This document shows, in pieces, positions 61,757-64,000 of a DNA stretch of 64,000 bases. Source of the DNA: Microcoleus sp. (lineage in GTDB: Bacteria > Cyanobacteriota > Cyanobacteriia > Cyanobacteriales > Microcoleaceae); assembly GCA_052279835.1 (NCBI GenBank), contig CP181291.1:5632001-5696000 (forward strand), in the 5' to 3' direction. The position numbers were made by a program, and so were the translations under genes. Positions within the stretch are counted from its first letter, which is position 1. Each line of letters begins with the position of its first letter. The notes below the pieces were generated by a model. It saw nothing but the letters and a program-made list of their open reading frames with translations, was not told where the DNA came from and did no database searches.

Positions 61757-63745
61757 TTATACGGTGGGAATAGTGAAATGAAATTCACTCCCTTTGTCTT
61801 TTCCTGGGGAATCTACCCAAATTTTACCTCCCCAACCAGCCACAATCTGTTTGCAAATTGCCAATCCTAAACCCGTACCGCCGGCACTGCGCCGCAAAGC
61901 TCCTTCTTCTTGATAAAATCGATCGAACACTACTTTTAAACTATTCGCCTCTATCCCTCTCCCCGTATCCGCTACCAGCACTTCCACCATCCGATAACCG
62001 TTACAATGAGCTCGAACCGTCACGCTTCCCTGGGGTGTGGTGAATTTGCAAGCGTTATCTAACAGTTTGGAAAGCACTTCTACCAACCACTCGCCATCAG
62101 CTTGCACTAAAGGCAATTCTGCGGATACATCAGTGATAATTTCCGGCAATTTTCTATCAAAGGAACGAGCTCTAACGCTGCTGAGGGCTAAATCTACGCA
62201 TTCTTGCAAGGTTAGGGATTCTACATTCCATTCCACTCGCCCGCTTTCTAAGTGGGAAAGAGTTAGGAAATCCTGGACGAGTTTGCGCATTCTATCGGCA
62301 TCGCCTAGGGCTGTTTCTAACATGATTTTCCGCAATTCTGCTGGCATATCTGGTTCGGAATTCAAGCTTTCTAGACATACTTGAATCGTAGAAAGGGGAG
62401 TGCGGAGTTCGTGTCCGGTGATGGCAATGAGATTGCTGCGAGTGCGGTCTAAGGCTTCTAATTGTTGATTGAGTTCTTCTAAATTAGCGTAGGTTTCTGC
62501 TTGAATTAAGGCCGAACCGAGTTGAGTAGCGATCGCCTCTACTAAAGCCAGTTCATCTTCTTCCCAAGCCAAAGTCGATCGACACTGGTGCATTTCCACC
62601 ATCCCCAAAATCCGCCCATGATAAAGCACAGGCACCATTAACCACGAGACAATTTCCCACTGTTGGACAGTCTTTTGTAGGGATTTTGTATTGACAATTA
62701 GCGGATGTTGTGCTGTGTCTTGAATGTAAACTCGCTCTTGGTTTGCCACCGCATCACGAAATATGGGATTTTCCTGCAAGGGCCAAGTCTGATTTAGCAG
62801 GGAATTAGTGCTGGGGCGCAAAAACTCGCGCTCGATTTTAGTTGCAATATCTGTCGCTTTGCAGCGATAAATCAAACAGCGGTTGGCTGACAAAGCTGTA
62901 CCCAGTTCTTGCACTGCCACTTCCACTATTTCTTGAGGATTCAGCGATTGCCGCATGGCCGTTGTGATCGTATTCACCAAGCGTTCTTTGCGTTCTTGGG
63001 CCGCGATCGCACCGTAGGCTTTCAGCAGTTTGTGTTGACCCGCTTGCAAGTATGTTACCAAGCGTTCGGTAAAAGCATCGCTGAGTTTAGGATTGGGAAT
63101 TTTGGCAGTTTTCCCTAAAGTTTTGTCTGGTTTTGCAGCTTTGGCACTCGCCGATTTCCGGGGTTTTTTCGGTTTTTTGACCAGATTATAAGTGGTTTGC
63201 GCTATTTCGATCTTTTCTGCTAATTCGGGGCGATATTTGACAATGCGATCGAGCAGCAATTGGGCTGCTTTGCAACTTACATCGCGATCGAAAGTCCAAA
63301 TTCCCTCAAATCTACGAGCTTGATCCATCAATAGTGGTTCCCGCTCATCCTGATTTTCCAGAGGGATAAATTTTTCTTGACAAATCAGACAAGTTGAGTA
63401 GTTTTCTCCGATGACCACTAAGTGCCACTCTTGGCTTAATCCATCCTCTGGATCGAAAGCCACAGTTTCGTAAAATTCCGAGGAGTTTTTAAAGTCAGTT
63501 TCCGGTGCTGCTAGCACGTATACCTGAGATGAGCGATCGGAAATGCGCCGATAGCGGTGAGCTTCCTGGCGATAAAATCGCTCTCGCTGAAAGCTAGCAA
63601 TGACTAACGGTTCATCAGAACCTGCCAAAACCAAGTCTTCCATCGCGTGAGACAGCGCTGTCATGGAAGATTTGAAATAAATTTGGGCCCGTAGCTGGGG
63701 CAAAGCTTGCAGAAGTTCTGCGAGTAATGAAATAGGGACGATCAT
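61757..63745 (-). CDS. DICT-domain, GAF sensor histidine kinase
   Basis: N-terminal YFKSSMTALSHAMED...FQRERFYRQE...QEWHLVV (DICT); GAF; GHELRTPL, DNACKFT, GGTGLGL. Confidence 0.9.
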   Translation of the reverse strand: MIVPISLLAELLQALPQLRAQIYFKSSMTALSHAMEDLVLAGSDEPLVIASFQRERFYRQEAHRYRRISDRSSQVYVLAAPETDFKNSSEFYETVAFDPEDGLSQEWHLVVIGENYSTCLICQEKFIPLENQDEREPLLMDQARRFEGIWTFDRDVSCKAAQLLLDRIVKYRPELAEKIEIAQTTYNLVKKPKKPRKSASAKAAKPDKTLGKTAKIPNPKLSDAFTERLVTYLQAGQHKLLKAYGAIAAQERKERLVNTITTAMRQSLNPQEIVEVAVQELGTALSANRCLIYRCKATDIATKIEREFLRPSTNSLLNQTWPLQENPIFRDAVANQERVYIQDTAQHPLIVNTKSLQKTVQQWEIVSWLMVPVLYHGRILGMVEMHQCRSTLAWEEDELALVEAIATQLGSALIQAETYANLEELNQQLEALDRTRSNLIAITGHELRTPLSTIQVCLESLNSEPDMPAELRKIMLETALGDADRMRKLVQDFLTLSHLESGRVEWNVESLTLQECVDLALSSVRARSFDRKLPEIITDVSAELPLVQADGEWLVEVLSKLLDNACKFTTPQGSVTVRAHCNGYRMVEVLVADTGRGIEANSLKVVFDRFYQEEGALRRSAGGTGLGLAICKQIVAGWGGKIWVDSPGKDKGSEFHFTIPTV

Positions 63746-63923
63746 CTAGCCTTAAGCGAGCATTTTTGCCGATGACAAAACGGGAGCGATCGACACTTTA
63801 GATCGATCCCTTTTTAGTATCTCTCAAAAAACACCACTAATTAGCTATTACTTACAAACTAACGGTTAATTATTTTTTTCTGACCCCGATCCCGTAAGTA
63901 TAAATGCTGTGGGTTTCCCCGAA

Positions 63924-64000
63924 TCAGACTAGCTCGCCACCTTCGTCACTGCCACCGGGAGATGATTTGTAGAGAGCATCCAATTGTTCGCGGGCATCTT
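63924..64000 (-). CDS. 3' end of a CDS entering from beyond the window
   Basis: Minus-strand frame ...DAREQLDALYKSSPGGSDEGGELV* ends at TGA 63926-63924; too short to identify. Confidence 0.4.
   Translation of the reverse strand, partial: DAREQLDALYKSSPGGSDEGGELV

Noticed and set aside
1..64000. High frequency of GCGATCGC/CGATCG
   Set aside because: This is the known cyanobacterial HIP1 octamer; useful for taxonomy but not novel.

Overview
This 64-kb window is filamentous-cyanobacterium-type chromosome (Oscillatoriales-like by inference): abundant HIP1 GCGATCGC sites, heptamer STRRs, and psbB/psbT, psaD and ccmS. Most of it is housekeeping: murA, smc, tyrA, metK, mnmG, nrdR, rps1, tRNA-Phe, trpE/trpG, dgkA and ybeY. 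Interspersed are signalling genes (HAMP His kinase, STYK-AAA-GAF-His kinase, DICT-GAF His kinase, AAA-like/GGDEF), three tandem pentapeptide-repeat paralogs, an RtcB ligase, a NACHT-HEAT NLR-like gene and many REP/MITE-like repeats. The best candidate for an undescribed system is an islet between mnmG and psbB. It has a DUF3800 (predicted RNase H-like) gene facing a convergent array of three 63-nt structured repeats. The array has its own near-consensus sigma70 promoter, with a perfect hairpin between gene and array. This resembles a nuclease plus tandem ncRNA module (type III toxin-antitoxin-like or RNA-guided). Three frameshifts all lie in G/C homopolymers and are probably sequencing errors. 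All calls come from reading motifs by eye; no searches were run.
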